Origin: Bacillales bacterium UBA2450
GTDB lineage: Bacteria > Bacillota_I > Bacilli_A > RFN20 > CAG-826
Assembly: GCA_002342545.1 (NCBI GenBank)
Contig: DDQE01000050.1
Coordinates: 3,258 to 67,257 of the forward strand
Length of the DNA: 64,000 nucleotides
Reading direction: 5' to 3'
Positions within the stretch are counted from its first letter, which is position 1. Every line of letters starts with the position of its first letter. The notes beneath the pieces were generated by a model, which saw only the letters and a list, made by a program, of their open reading frames with translations, did not search any database and was not told where the DNA came from. Shown here piece by piece: positions 39,834-49,653 of the stretch. Made by a program: the position numbers and the translations under genes.

Positions 39834-42800
39834 ATGAAGAAAAAACATTTGATTTTTGCTCTTACTAGTGGAATGGCCATTGCCTTAACTACCGGATTTA
39901 GTATCAAAGAAGCAAAAAAACTTAAAGTTGGAGATTTTATTGACGGTAATAAAGAAATTGTCGCTATTAATGAGAATCCTTCAAAGATCAAATACAAACC
40001 ATTATTGGTTCCTACTGATACTTATTATCCAACTCAAAAGTCCTATTCAATGAACAGTGTTGGTGATATTGAAACTACTTGGGACTATTACAAAGGTGAT
40101 GGGATTAAAATCGCTATTATTGATTCTGGTATTACTTATGGCCATGAAGACTTTCCAAATTTATTAAATCAATCAGCTTATTTTGAGACTTCTTATTATA
40201 CTGTGGACGGGAAAGAGTATTCTGAAACCACAAAAACACTCGCCACTTCCGATAATTGGCAATGTATGAAACATGAATATGACACCGATAATAACGAATG
40301 GGATACTCATGGAAGCAATGTTGCAGGTTGTGCTGCTGCCGCGTTAAACGGTAAAGGTACAGTTGGTATTGCTCCTAATGCTCAAATATTAATGTGCAAA
40401 ATTGATTTCTATGATGAATCAATTAATGAAGCAATTAAATATGCAACCGACCAAGGATGCGATGTAATTAATATGTCTTTAGGCGGATATGATGATGACG
40501 ATTATCCTTCTGGTGAATCTCATTGGGCTGGGGCAAAAACAGGCAACGCGGACGCTATTGCTTATGCCATTGAGCACGGCGTTATTGTTGTAGCTGCTGC
40601 TGGAAATGAGAAATCTAGCGCATATTCTTACCCTGCATGTAACGATGGTGTTATTGGTGTTGGAGCATTAGCTAAAAATAGCACAACAACCGCTGCAAGT
40701 TTTTCTAATTATAATAAAAACACAGATACAAAATACGGCAATCATAACGTTGACGTTATGGCGCCTGGTGTAGTTTGGGCTCCAGGATTAGATGAAAGTG
40801 AATTAGTAAATTCCAGTTCAAAATATCCTAAATTAGGATATGGCGAGACTCAAGGTACATCTTTTGCTTCTCCAATCGTTGCTGGTGCTGCCGCATTATG
40901 GAAACAAAAATATCATGGAACTCCTGCTCAATTTGAAGAGCATTTATATGATAGAGCTGTCGATATGAATAACTTTACCAAGTTTGGTAATGGAAGACTT
41001 GATGTTTATAAGTTACTCGATATTGAAAACGAAGGAATTGAACTTTCTACTACATCTTTAACTTTAAATACTAAAAGTGCTGATCAAACCGTTACTGCAA
41101 CAAGCAATGATTCAACTATTAAATCTTGGTCGAGCTCTAATACTAGTGTTGTTACTGTAAGCGGTGCAACTGGCAGTAAATCTAGTACTGCAACAGTTCA
41201 TGTTGTTGGTGCAGGTACAGCGCAAATTACCGTTACTGATAACAATAATAACACCGCAAAAATTTCGGTTACTATTAGTCAATATATTTCAGTTACAGGA
41301 ATTAATACAACCTTAGCAAATAATACTGAAATTAAACAAGGTAAATCCGCTAATATTGGGGCCAGTGTTACTCCAACTAATGCAAGCGAACAAGGTATTT
41401 CCTATACTTCAAATAATCCAAGTATCGCGACTGTTGATAGTGAAGGCAAAATAACCGGTATTGCTATTGGCCAAACTAGTATCACTATGAACGCAAGTGA
41501 TAATGTCAGTAAAACTTTAACTATTAAAGTTATAGAAAATACTAGCGAAGAATATTCGATTGTCTTTAAAGATAATGGCGGATCTTCTGATGGAACTCAA
41601 GCTAAAAGCGCCTTAAATGATATTGTTGATTCATCAGACATTACTATATCAAGCTGCAGTGCTGAAAAAATCTTTCAAGCACAAGATGGGCGTGGCATTA
41701 AATTTTCTACTGGTAGCGTAAATGGAAGCTTAACTTTAACATTGTCTGAATCTTTAAACATTGACCAAGTAATAGTTAACGCTGCCAAATATAGTAATGA
41801 TGCTAGTGCATTGAGGGTAAATAATTCTACTAGCCAAGATATTTCAGATAATGATTTTATCGACTATACATTTAATATAAACGAATCAACTTCTTCATTA
41901 AGTTTAGAAGCTGTTAAACGTATTTATGTTAAAGGGTTAACAATTATTACTAGTGGTGGATCAAGTACAGTTAGTGTAGAAAGTGTCAGTGTTTCTCCAA
42001 CATCATTAAGCTTAAATGTAGGGGAACATTCATCTTTGACCGCTACTGTTTTACCAACTAATGCAACCAACAAAAGCGTAGCTTGGTCCAGTAGCAATAA
42101 CTCTATCGCTAGTGTAACTAGTGGTACAGTTACTGCAAATAGTGTTGGAACAGCGACAATTACAGTTACCACTGTTGATGGTGGAAAAACTGCTAACTGT
42201 ACAGTAACTGTAACCCCTACTCCAGTAGTTTTAAGCTCGATTAGTGTTACTGGTGCTAAAACTTCTTATGAAGTCGGAGACGCATTTGTAAAACCAACTG
42301 TTACAGCGTATTATTCAAATTCAACAAGCAAAGACATTTCCTCTTCCGCTACTTTTACTGGATATGATTTATCAAAAGACGGAGTGTCCACAGTAACAGT
42401 CAGTTATACTGAAGATAGTGTTACTAAAACCACTTCATATCAAATAACTGTTGGTACTGGTGTTGAAACCACCCCATTATCAAGTTTCTTTGATGGAACG
42501 ATCACTTTAAAAACTTCAAGAAACTCTTTAACAAATAGTGATTGGTTTGATATTAAAGGCGTAGTAGTTGGAATTAACGGCTATCAATATTACATTCAAG
42601 ATGGCGAATACGGCATTCTTGTGTTTAACGAAATAGATAAATATAACAATGAATATTTATATACCTACTATGAAGGTATCGCAGTAGGTGATTACGTTTT
42701 ATTACATACTAGAGTTTATTCGTTCAACAATTTAGTTGAAACAAATTCTAGAGACTCTGCTCAGACTGTAACAAAACTAGGAACAGCAGCTTTACCTGAG

Positions 42801-43529
42801 GCTGTTGAATATAGTACAGTATCTAGCTTTAATTCTGCACATCAATCTATCAGAGCTTCTTTGTTTAATGTGGCAATAGATGAAGATAATATTTCCGCTA
42901 TTGATTCTGCTGATACGTCCAGTGATTTTTCATTTAATGTCTTTGACATTAATAATAAAAGCAACAAGGCAGTTGTATTTATTCATAGAAATACCCCAAA
43001 TAAAGAAAGTATCATTTCTAAATTAAAGACTATTACCACTGAAGATACTTTGGAATTTGTTAGAGTTGTTGTTTCTTATTATAATGGCAATCAAATATCA
43101 TTAAGCTCCGCTGATCAAATTGTAATTCACTCACCAAGCGAAGATAAATTAGCTGCTTGGGGAGTTAACTATTTGTTCATTGGAAACCCAGCATTTGATG
43201 GAGATGGAACTGGTGCCTGTAAGACCGCTAATTATTATAAAGAAGCTAAAGCAGCATTATTTACATTAGAAGCAAGCGAATCAGGTAATATTGCTAAACT
43301 TCAAAGCGATAGCACATATTCTGCTGAACTTGCTAGATATCTTGCTTGGGCAAAGGCGTGTGAAGATGCTGCTCCATTTGTTAATGATTATTCATTTATG
43401 AATAACGCAGAGATTAACTCGCTTTCGAACATGAGTGATGGTGGAACAATGATTATCATTATCACTATTATCACAATTTCTTCTTTAGCGCTTACTGCTT
43501 TATTAATAATTAAGAGGAAAAAGAAATAA
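39834..43529 (+). CDS. Cell-surface subtilisin-like serine protease (S8) with Big_2/Big_3 repeats and the same C-terminal OB-fold-like/anchor module as the nuclease
   Basis: RBS GGAG. Asp motif AIIDSGITYGHEDF, His motif HGSNVAGCAAAA, Ser motif GTSFASPIVAGAAALW. The C-terminal 430 aa are about 65% identical to the nuclease C-terminus. TM anchor followed by KRKKK. Confidence 0.85.
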   Translation: MKKKHLIFALTSGMAIALTTGFSIKEAKKLKVGDFIDGNKEIVAINENPSKIKYKPLLVPTDTYYPTQKSYSMNSVGDIETTWDYYKGDGIKIAIIDSGITYGHEDFPNLLNQSAYFETSYYTVDGKEYSETTKTLATSDNWQCMKHEYDTDNNEWDTHGSNVAGCAAAALNGKGTVGIAPNAQILMCKIDFYDESINEAIKYATDQGCDVINMSLGGYDDDDYPSGESHWAGAKTGNADAIAYAIEHGVIVVAAAGNEKSSAYSYPACNDGVIGVGALAKNSTTTAASFSNYNKNTDTKYGNHNVDVMAPGVVWAPGLDESELVNSSSKYPKLGYGETQGTSFASPIVAGAAALWKQKYHGTPAQFEEHLYDRAVDMNNFTKFGNGRLDVYKLLDIENEGIELSTTSLTLNTKSADQTVTATSNDSTIKSWSSSNTSVVTVSGATGSKSSTATVHVVGAGTAQITVTDNNNNTAKISVTISQYISVTGINTTLANNTEIKQGKSANIGASVTPTNASEQGISYTSNNPSIATVDSEGKITGIAIGQTSITMNASDNVSKTLTIKVIENTSEEYSIVFKDNGGSSDGTQAKSALNDIVDSSDITISSCSAEKIFQAQDGRGIKFSTGSVNGSLTLTLSESLNIDQVIVNAAKYSNDASALRVNNSTSQDISDNDFIDYTFNINESTSSLSLEAVKRIYVKGLTIITSGGSSTVSVESVSVSPTSLSLNVGEHSSLTATVLPTNATNKSVAWSSSNNSIASVTSGTVTANSVGTATITVTTVDGGKTANCTVTVTPTPVVLSSISVTGAKTSYEVGDAFVKPTVTAYYSNSTSKDISSSATFTGYDLSKDGVSTVTVSYTEDSVTKTTSYQITVGTGVETTPLSSFFDGTITLKTSRNSLTNSDWFDIKGVVVGINGYQYYIQDGEYGILVFNEIDKYNNEYLYTYYEGIAVGDYVLLHTRVYSFNNLVETNSRDSAQTVTKLGTAALPEAVEYSTVSSFNSAHQSIRASLFNVAIDEDNISAIDSADTSSDFSFNVFDINNKSNKAVVFIHRNTPNKESIISKLKTITTEDTLEFVRVVVSYYNGNQISLSSADQIVIHSPSEDKLAAWGVNYLFIGNPAFDGDGTGACKTANYYKEAKAALFTLEASESGNIAKLQSDSTYSAELARYLAWAKACEDAAPFVNDYSFMNNAEINSLSNMSDGGTMIIIITIITISSLALTALLIIKRKKK

Positions 43530-43542
43530 TGAATTATAATAG

Positions 43543-43570
43543 GGTGACCAATTGGTCATCCTTTTTGTTT
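43543..43570 (+). terminator. Rho-independent terminator after subtilase 2
   Basis: Perfect palindrome tgaccaattggtca at 43545-43558 followed by ctttttgtttt. Confidence 0.75.
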
Positions 43571-43618
43571 TGGCAAATTATTTCATACAATCTTATTTTT
43601 TAGATATATAATATCTAT

Positions 43619-46600
43619 GTGAAAACTAGATTTATATCTTCTTTAGTTACTTTAACTTTATGTAGTTTCTTTTTTGCTGGAGCAAAACAAACTGAAGAGG
43701 GAATACCGGTTGAAAATAAATTTGCCCCTGAAGGATTAGTGGCCTATGCGGCAAGTTATTCTAGTGATGTAAGCGATGAGCCGCAATATAGCACTCAATA
43801 TGATAAAACCTTTCAATATTTAAACTTAGGAACTGCTTTAGATAATTATCGTGGTGATTCTGTTAAAGTCGGAATTATTGATTCCGGAATTAATTATGAC
43901 CATGAAGATTTTATGGTTAGTGGATCTAGCAAAGTTAAAGGTGATTCTAAATTTTATAAATATCAAAATTCCCAGTGGGAATACTATAAAGCTTCTCAAC
44001 ATGGTTATTCTTATATCGATGATACTTTAGGACATGGCACGAATGTCGCTGCTACGGTAGCAGCTGCAATTAATAGCGTTGGTGGACTTGGCTTAGCCCC
44101 TAATGTGGAATTATATGTTTATAAAGTGACTAATTCCAATAATGGCTATGAATTTGGTGCGATTCAACTCGCTTTAAATGACGCAAAGACCTTAGGATTA
44201 GATGTTATTAACATGTCTTTCCAAAGTTATGAAAACGCCGTTAGTTATAATGGCTCATCAATGGGTGCGTCATCAGGATGTTCTACAATCTTGTCTGACT
44301 ATTTAAATGCTGCTTATAACGCTGGTATTACTTTAGTAGGAGCAGCAGGTAACTATAATACAGACGAACCATCTTATCCAGGAAGTAACAGCCATGTTAT
44401 TAATGTTGGTTCTTTGAACCAAACTGGTACAGATAAAGCAGGCTTTTCTAATTATGGATCTACGATTGATTTAGTTGCTCCTGGCTATGTCCATGTTGCG
44501 GGAAGAAGTTCAAATTCTTCTTATGTTGATACTTCTGGTACCTCTTTTAGTGCCCCTTTAGTGACTGCGGCTATTGCGTTATATAAACAACAAAATCCAA
44601 GTGCTACTCCAGCACAAATTGAATCAGCCTTATATGCAAGTTGTGATCCAATTGATGACACTTATTCTGAATATAACAATTGGGCCGGACATGGGGCGCT
44701 TAACGTCGCTAAGTTTTTAGGTGTAGATGTTGAAGACGCACCAACAGAAGTTGTAATTAATAATCCTGAAATAGTGAACGAAGAATTAGAACTAGAAGTT
44801 GGTGACTATTTAGATTTAGATTGGACAGTTAATGGAGTTGGTACTTTTGATGATTCTGTTAATTTCTATACATTGAGCGGTGAGTCTAATGTTGTTAGTG
44901 TTAACTCTTCAGGTAGAATTACCGCAGTTGGTCAAGGAAGTGACTATGTTGTCATTGAAAGCAATGCAGATAGCAGTATTTACGCTTCTGTTTACGTCAC
45001 AGTAACTTCTAGTGGTGGTAGCACACCAACAGTTTCATCAGTCACAGTTGCTCCATCAACTCTAACATTAACTGTTTCTAATACAGGCAATTTGAGCGCC
45101 ACAGTTAATGGCGATAATAATCCAAGTCAAACAGTAACTTGGTCTAGCAGCAACACTAGTGTTGCTACAGTCAGTGCTTTAGGTGTTGTTACTGCAGTTG
45201 CTACAGGTACAGCAACAATTACCGCAACTTCTCAATTAGATTCTTCTAAGTCTGGATCTTGTACAGTAACAGTGGAGGCAGCTCCAGCTTCTCAAACATT
45301 AACAATTACTAGATCGTCAATAACATCATCTGGTAATTATGGTAGTTGGTCTACATGGACAGCAACAACAACTGATAATGATTCTATCAGCGGAAAATGT
45401 GAAATATATGGTAGCACAACTACATCCCTTCAATTTAATAAGGGAAGTGGATATAAACTTGCTGCATTATTTAATACAACTGCAATTCCTGGTTTGATCA
45501 CAAAGATTGAGGCTACAACTGCATCCGGAACGAACAGATCATGGAATGCTTATGTTACTTCTACTGCATGCTCTAGCAGTGGATCAACATTAACATTTGG
45601 CAGCAATAAAACTACTGTTGGCAACAATGTAACAATTGGAACTAGTTCAACATCTATTGGTATATCAACTGCCGGATACTCATATTTTTGTGTACAAGAG
45701 AATGTTAATAGCGCTTCAATGATTGCACAATTTAAAATTACTTATACTCCAAAAAGTTTAAGCAGCATTGCAGTTAAAACTGCTCCGACAAAAACATCTT
45801 ATGAAGTTGGTGATAGTTTTGACCCAACAGGATTAGTAATAACCGCCACATATAGCGATAATTCAACCAGAGATATTGCTTATGCTGATGCATCAAGCGG
45901 CTTTGAATTTAGTCCAAATACTTCAACAGAGTTATCTACTAGTAACACTAGTGTTACTATCTATTATGGAAATAAATCTTGTAGTCAGGCTATAACAGTC
46001 TCTCCTGCAAAAACTCTAACCTCAATTACTATTGGTAGTTATACCACTTCTTTTGTTGAGGGAGATACATTTAGTTATGGAGGAACAGTGACTGCTCACT
46101 TTAGTGATAGTAGTTCAACTGATGTCACTAGTTCTGCTCACTTCACTGGTTATAATATGACTTCGATAGGAAACCAAACCGTCACTGTAAGTTATACCTA
46201 TAAGGGAACAATTAAAACTCGAAATTATAATATTAATGTTGCTATTGGTACTTTGTCCTCTATATCGGTTTCTGGAATGACTTTGTCATATGTTAAGAAT
46301 TCCTCGTTTAGTTTTAATGGAACTTGTACTGCGACTTTTGCTAATGGATATCAAAAAGTAGTAACTCCTACTAGTGTATCTTCTCCTGATATGACTAGCG
46401 TAGGAAATAAGACTATTACCATTAGTTATACTTATAACGGAAAAACTGAAACTACAGAATATATAATTTCTGTTACTTCATATAGAGAAGTAATTGAAAC
46501 AACAACAACTTCAATATATTGCACTTATGACTTTTCAAAGCTTAGTGGCACTTCAGAAATAACTTCGACTTCTACAATCCAGAATTGTTATTCAAATAGT

Positions 46601-47332
46601 GGTGGAATAACTGGTGCATCTGTAACTAGTATTGCAAAAACGTATGCTAAAGACGGATATTTAAGACTTGCAACTGGAAGTGCTAGCGGTAGTGTTTCAT
46701 TTAGCTTTGGTTCTTTTAATATCACAGATGTCACTGTTGTTGCTCATGGTTGGAGTGATAGTGAAGCAAATTGCAATATGACCATTACCAATGGAGGAAC
46801 AATTACAACTATATCAAGCTCTACTAATGATACTTTTAACGTTCATTTAACTTCTGCTACTAACTCTATTACTATTAATTCTTCTAAAAACAATAGAATT
46901 TGTATTCAAAGTATTACGTTTTATGTAAGCACTACAACTACTGAAGATATCGGACATTCTGAAGATTGTGTTGGTCTTGAATCATTTATCGACAATTATA
47001 TGCATATGGATTATACCGATAACCTAGGTTATTGCAGTGATTCTACTCATCATTATTATGCGACTGCTAAAGATGCATTTAACGATTTAAATGAACACCA
47101 AAGAAAATTATTTACTTCTAATAGTGCTTATTTAGTGGAATGGACTAGATTATCAACCTGGGCTAGTAAAAATGGTGATTCCTTAAATGCTACATCTATA
47201 TTATCTTCAGCTAAAGTGATGAAACTTAATGTCACTAACGGAAATAATTACATTGTTATTGTTCTTGTTAGTGGATTAGCTATTATTTCTATTATTGGAT
47301 TTTTTGCTTTGAAGAATAAGAAAAAAGACTGA
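43619..47332 (+). CDS. Third cell-surface subtilisin-like serine protease (S8) with Big_2/Big_3 repeats and a distinct C-terminal anchor domain
   Basis: GTG start (the ORF opens at 43604 and there is no in-frame ATG). Signal peptide. Asp motif GIIDSGINYDHEDF, His motif HGTNVAATVAAA, Ser motif GTSFSAPLVTAAIALY. TM anchor followed by KNKKKD. TATAAT at 43607-43612 sits directly in front of the start. Confidence 0.8.
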   Translation: MKTRFISSLVTLTLCSFFFAGAKQTEEGIPVENKFAPEGLVAYAASYSSDVSDEPQYSTQYDKTFQYLNLGTALDNYRGDSVKVGIIDSGINYDHEDFMVSGSSKVKGDSKFYKYQNSQWEYYKASQHGYSYIDDTLGHGTNVAATVAAAINSVGGLGLAPNVELYVYKVTNSNNGYEFGAIQLALNDAKTLGLDVINMSFQSYENAVSYNGSSMGASSGCSTILSDYLNAAYNAGITLVGAAGNYNTDEPSYPGSNSHVINVGSLNQTGTDKAGFSNYGSTIDLVAPGYVHVAGRSSNSSYVDTSGTSFSAPLVTAAIALYKQQNPSATPAQIESALYASCDPIDDTYSEYNNWAGHGALNVAKFLGVDVEDAPTEVVINNPEIVNEELELEVGDYLDLDWTVNGVGTFDDSVNFYTLSGESNVVSVNSSGRITAVGQGSDYVVIESNADSSIYASVYVTVTSSGGSTPTVSSVTVAPSTLTLTVSNTGNLSATVNGDNNPSQTVTWSSSNTSVATVSALGVVTAVATGTATITATSQLDSSKSGSCTVTVEAAPASQTLTITRSSITSSGNYGSWSTWTATTTDNDSISGKCEIYGSTTTSLQFNKGSGYKLAALFNTTAIPGLITKIEATTASGTNRSWNAYVTSTACSSSGSTLTFGSNKTTVGNNVTIGTSSTSIGISTAGYSYFCVQENVNSASMIAQFKITYTPKSLSSIAVKTAPTKTSYEVGDSFDPTGLVITATYSDNSTRDIAYADASSGFEFSPNTSTELSTSNTSVTIYYGNKSCSQAITVSPAKTLTSITIGSYTTSFVEGDTFSYGGTVTAHFSDSSSTDVTSSAHFTGYNMTSIGNQTVTVSYTYKGTIKTRNYNINVAIGTLSSISVSGMTLSYVKNSSFSFNGTCTATFANGYQKVVTPTSVSSPDMTSVGNKTITISYTYNGKTETTEYIISVTSYREVIETTTTSIYCTYDFSKLSGTSEITSTSTIQNCYSNSGGITGASVTSIAKTYAKDGYLRLATGSASGSVSFSFGSFNITDVTVVAHGWSDSEANCNMTITNGGTITTISSSTNDTFNVHLTSATNSITINSSKNNRICIQSITFYVSTTTTEDIGHSEDCVGLESFIDNYMHMDYTDNLGYCSDSTHHYYATAKDAFNDLNEHQRKLFTSNSAYLVEWTRLSTWASKNGDSLNATSILSSAKVMKLNVTNGNNYIVIVLVSGLAIISIIGFFALKNKKKD

Positions 47333-47435
47333 TTTAATGATGTTTTTATAAAATATAAAAAAACACTTACACTATAGGTATTATTAATGTATTATTAATT
47401 CTTCGATAAATCGAAGAGAACTGAGATGGTGTTTC

Positions 47436-49586
47436 ATGAAACTATTTAAAAGATTATTTATTACTCTATTAGCATTAACTGCAGTTGGTTGTGCGAAAGT
47501 CGTCAATACTGCGGAAGTTACTGGAGTGGAATTAAATTACACATCATACACCTTAGAAAACAATAGTTCTTTTCAATTAGAAGCATATGTTAAACCAGAT
47601 AACGCTAGAAATAAAAGCGTGACATGGAGTGTTCAAGGTATTAGCGCTAACTATATTTCTGTTAGTGATACAGGATTAGTTACTGCTAAAAAGACTGGTA
47701 CTGCTAGAGTTCTAGCTACTACTGTAGAAAAGAAACTTACAGCTTCTTGTATTGTTACAGTCGTTGCTCAAATAGTTCCTGTTACTAGCGTTTCTTTAAA
47801 TAGCACCGCTCTTTCTATTAAACAGGGTAAAACTGCAACTTTGACTGCTTCTGTTTATCCTAGCACTGCAACTAATAAATATGTCTCTTGGAGTAGTAGC
47901 AACACAAATGTTGCGACAATTTCTAATAGTGGTGTTATTACTGCTGTAAATCAAGGTAGCTCCACAATTACTGTGACTACAAATGATGGACATAAAACCG
48001 CTACATGTGTAGTTACCGTTACAGAACCAACACGTGTTACTAGCGTTTCTTTAAATAAATCATCTTTATCTTTAAAAGTCGATAGAACATCTTCTTTGAT
48101 TGCCAATATTTTACCAAGCGATGCTTATGATAAGTCTGTCTCTTGGTCAAGTAGTAATGTAAACGTTGCTACTGTTAACAATAAAGGTGAAATTACTGCA
48201 AAAGCAGTTGGTACTACAACTATTACCGCGACAACCACTGATGGTGGATTTACTGCAAATTGCTCTGTCACTGTTGAAGAAAAAGGTGCTGCAGATGAAT
48301 GGACTGTATTAATTTATATGTGTGGATCAACATTAGAATCTGATTACGCTAATAAATCGACTCAGGGAATGCCTTATTCCAAATGTGGTTTAGCAACATG
48401 TGATATTAGAGAAATTATTGATGTTCCAAATAAACCAGATGATGTTAACATCGTTATTGAAACTGGTGGAGCCCAAACTTGGACCAATAATACAAATGGA
48501 AAATATAGCAATGGTTATTCAATTAGCAGTCAATACATTCAAAGACACCACGTTGAAAACGGAAAAATTGTTTTAGATGAAGGCCAAGACAAAATCAAAA
48601 ATGAATATATGGGTAAACAATCCGTTTTACAAAGCTTCTTAGAATATGGATTTAATAATTATCCTGCCGATAAAACTGCCTTGATTCTTTGGAATCATGG
48701 TGGAGGAATGCAAGGCGCTTGCTTTAACGATGATGGCAATGGTTATTGTGTTACTGATGGTTTATTAGGTAAAGAGGTAGTTGATGCAGTTTCTACTGCT
48801 ATGAGCAAATGTGGCATTAGCGGTCAAAAATTAGAATTCATTGGTTATGATGCTTGTATGATGCAAATTCAAGACCTTGCTGAACAATATAGTCCATATT
48901 TCAAATATATGCTTGGCTCTCAAGAATTAGAAAGTGGCACAGGCTGGGATTATGATACTTGGCTTGATGATTTATATGCGGGTAAAGATACAGAAACTGT
49001 TTTAAAAGCCGTTGTTGATGGATTTATTAAGGATAATGGTGGTGTAAATGATTCTAGTAACGATCAAACTTTATCTTATTTAAAATTAGAATACGCTGCT
49101 AGTTATAAAGATGCTTGGGAAGAATTCGCATTACACTTAAGAAACGATAATTTAGTCGCTAATAATAGAACTGCATTTAATGAACTTATTTTTAGCACAA
49201 AGAAATTTGCTAATTATCCAAGTGAAGGTGCTTATTATCGTGATTATGGCTTATCTGACGCAAAAGATTTTATTAATACTTTTAAGAGTAATTCAACTTT
49301 AAATCCTAGTGGCAAATACAATACTTATTTACAAAATATTTTATCTGCTCATTCTAATTTTGTTGGTTATTCTAGCTGTGGAAAAGGCGCTGGTAATGCT
49401 TATGGAGTAAGTATGTTCTGGAACATTGAAAGTGCAACAAAAAGCATTAACCCTTATACTGCTGGTACTGATACTAACTTTGTTAATTGGGCTTATCTTA
49501 GTAATAACTATTACGGTACCGAATCCACCATCAGCGATAGTGGTGACGATGATGATTGGGGCTGGGGCTATAACTATAACTGGTAA
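47436..49586 (+). CDS. Lipoprotein with N-terminal Big_2 repeats and a C-terminal clostripain-like (C11) cysteine peptidase domain
   Basis: Lipobox LTAVGC. Catalytic-dyad contexts ALILWNHGGG (His) and FIGYDACMMQ (Cys) match the C11 family. Confidence 0.75.
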   Translation: MKLFKRLFITLLALTAVGCAKVVNTAEVTGVELNYTSYTLENNSSFQLEAYVKPDNARNKSVTWSVQGISANYISVSDTGLVTAKKTGTARVLATTVEKKLTASCIVTVVAQIVPVTSVSLNSTALSIKQGKTATLTASVYPSTATNKYVSWSSSNTNVATISNSGVITAVNQGSSTITVTTNDGHKTATCVVTVTEPTRVTSVSLNKSSLSLKVDRTSSLIANILPSDAYDKSVSWSSSNVNVATVNNKGEITAKAVGTTTITATTTDGGFTANCSVTVEEKGAADEWTVLIYMCGSTLESDYANKSTQGMPYSKCGLATCDIREIIDVPNKPDDVNIVIETGGAQTWTNNTNGKYSNGYSISSQYIQRHHVENGKIVLDEGQDKIKNEYMGKQSVLQSFLEYGFNNYPADKTALILWNHGGGMQGACFNDDGNGYCVTDGLLGKEVVDAVSTAMSKCGISGQKLEFIGYDACMMQIQDLAEQYSPYFKYMLGSQELESGTGWDYDTWLDDLYAGKDTETVLKAVVDGFIKDNGGVNDSSNDQTLSYLKLEYAASYKDAWEEFALHLRNDNLVANNRTAFNELIFSTKKFANYPSEGAYYRDYGLSDAKDFINTFKSNSTLNPSGKYNTYLQNILSAHSNFVGYSSCGKGAGNAYGVSMFWNIESATKSINPYTAGTDTNFVNWAYLSNNYYGTESTISDSGDDDDWGWGYNYNW

Positions 49587-49601
49587 GAAATATATAAAAT
49601 T

Positions 49602-49631
49602 AATGCCATTAATTTGGCATTATTTTTTATT
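49602..49631 (+). terminator. Rho-independent terminator after the C11 lipoprotein gene
   Basis: aatgcca-ttaatt-tggcatt followed by attttttatt. Confidence 0.7.
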
Positions 49632-49653
49632 ACTTGTATAATAACTATAAATT

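Noticed and set aside
34741-47332. Ig-like repeat arrays as CRISPR or tandem DNA repeats
   Set aside because: The repeats are protein-level Big_2/Big_3 domains of about 75-90 aa with diverged nucleotide sequence. There are no short exact direct repeats with unique spacers. No CRISPR was found anywhere in the window.
49426-49641. 71-aa ORF overlapping the end of the C11 lipoprotein gene and its terminator
   Set aside because: It spans a rho-independent terminator and has a low-complexity L/I-rich translation. Spurious.
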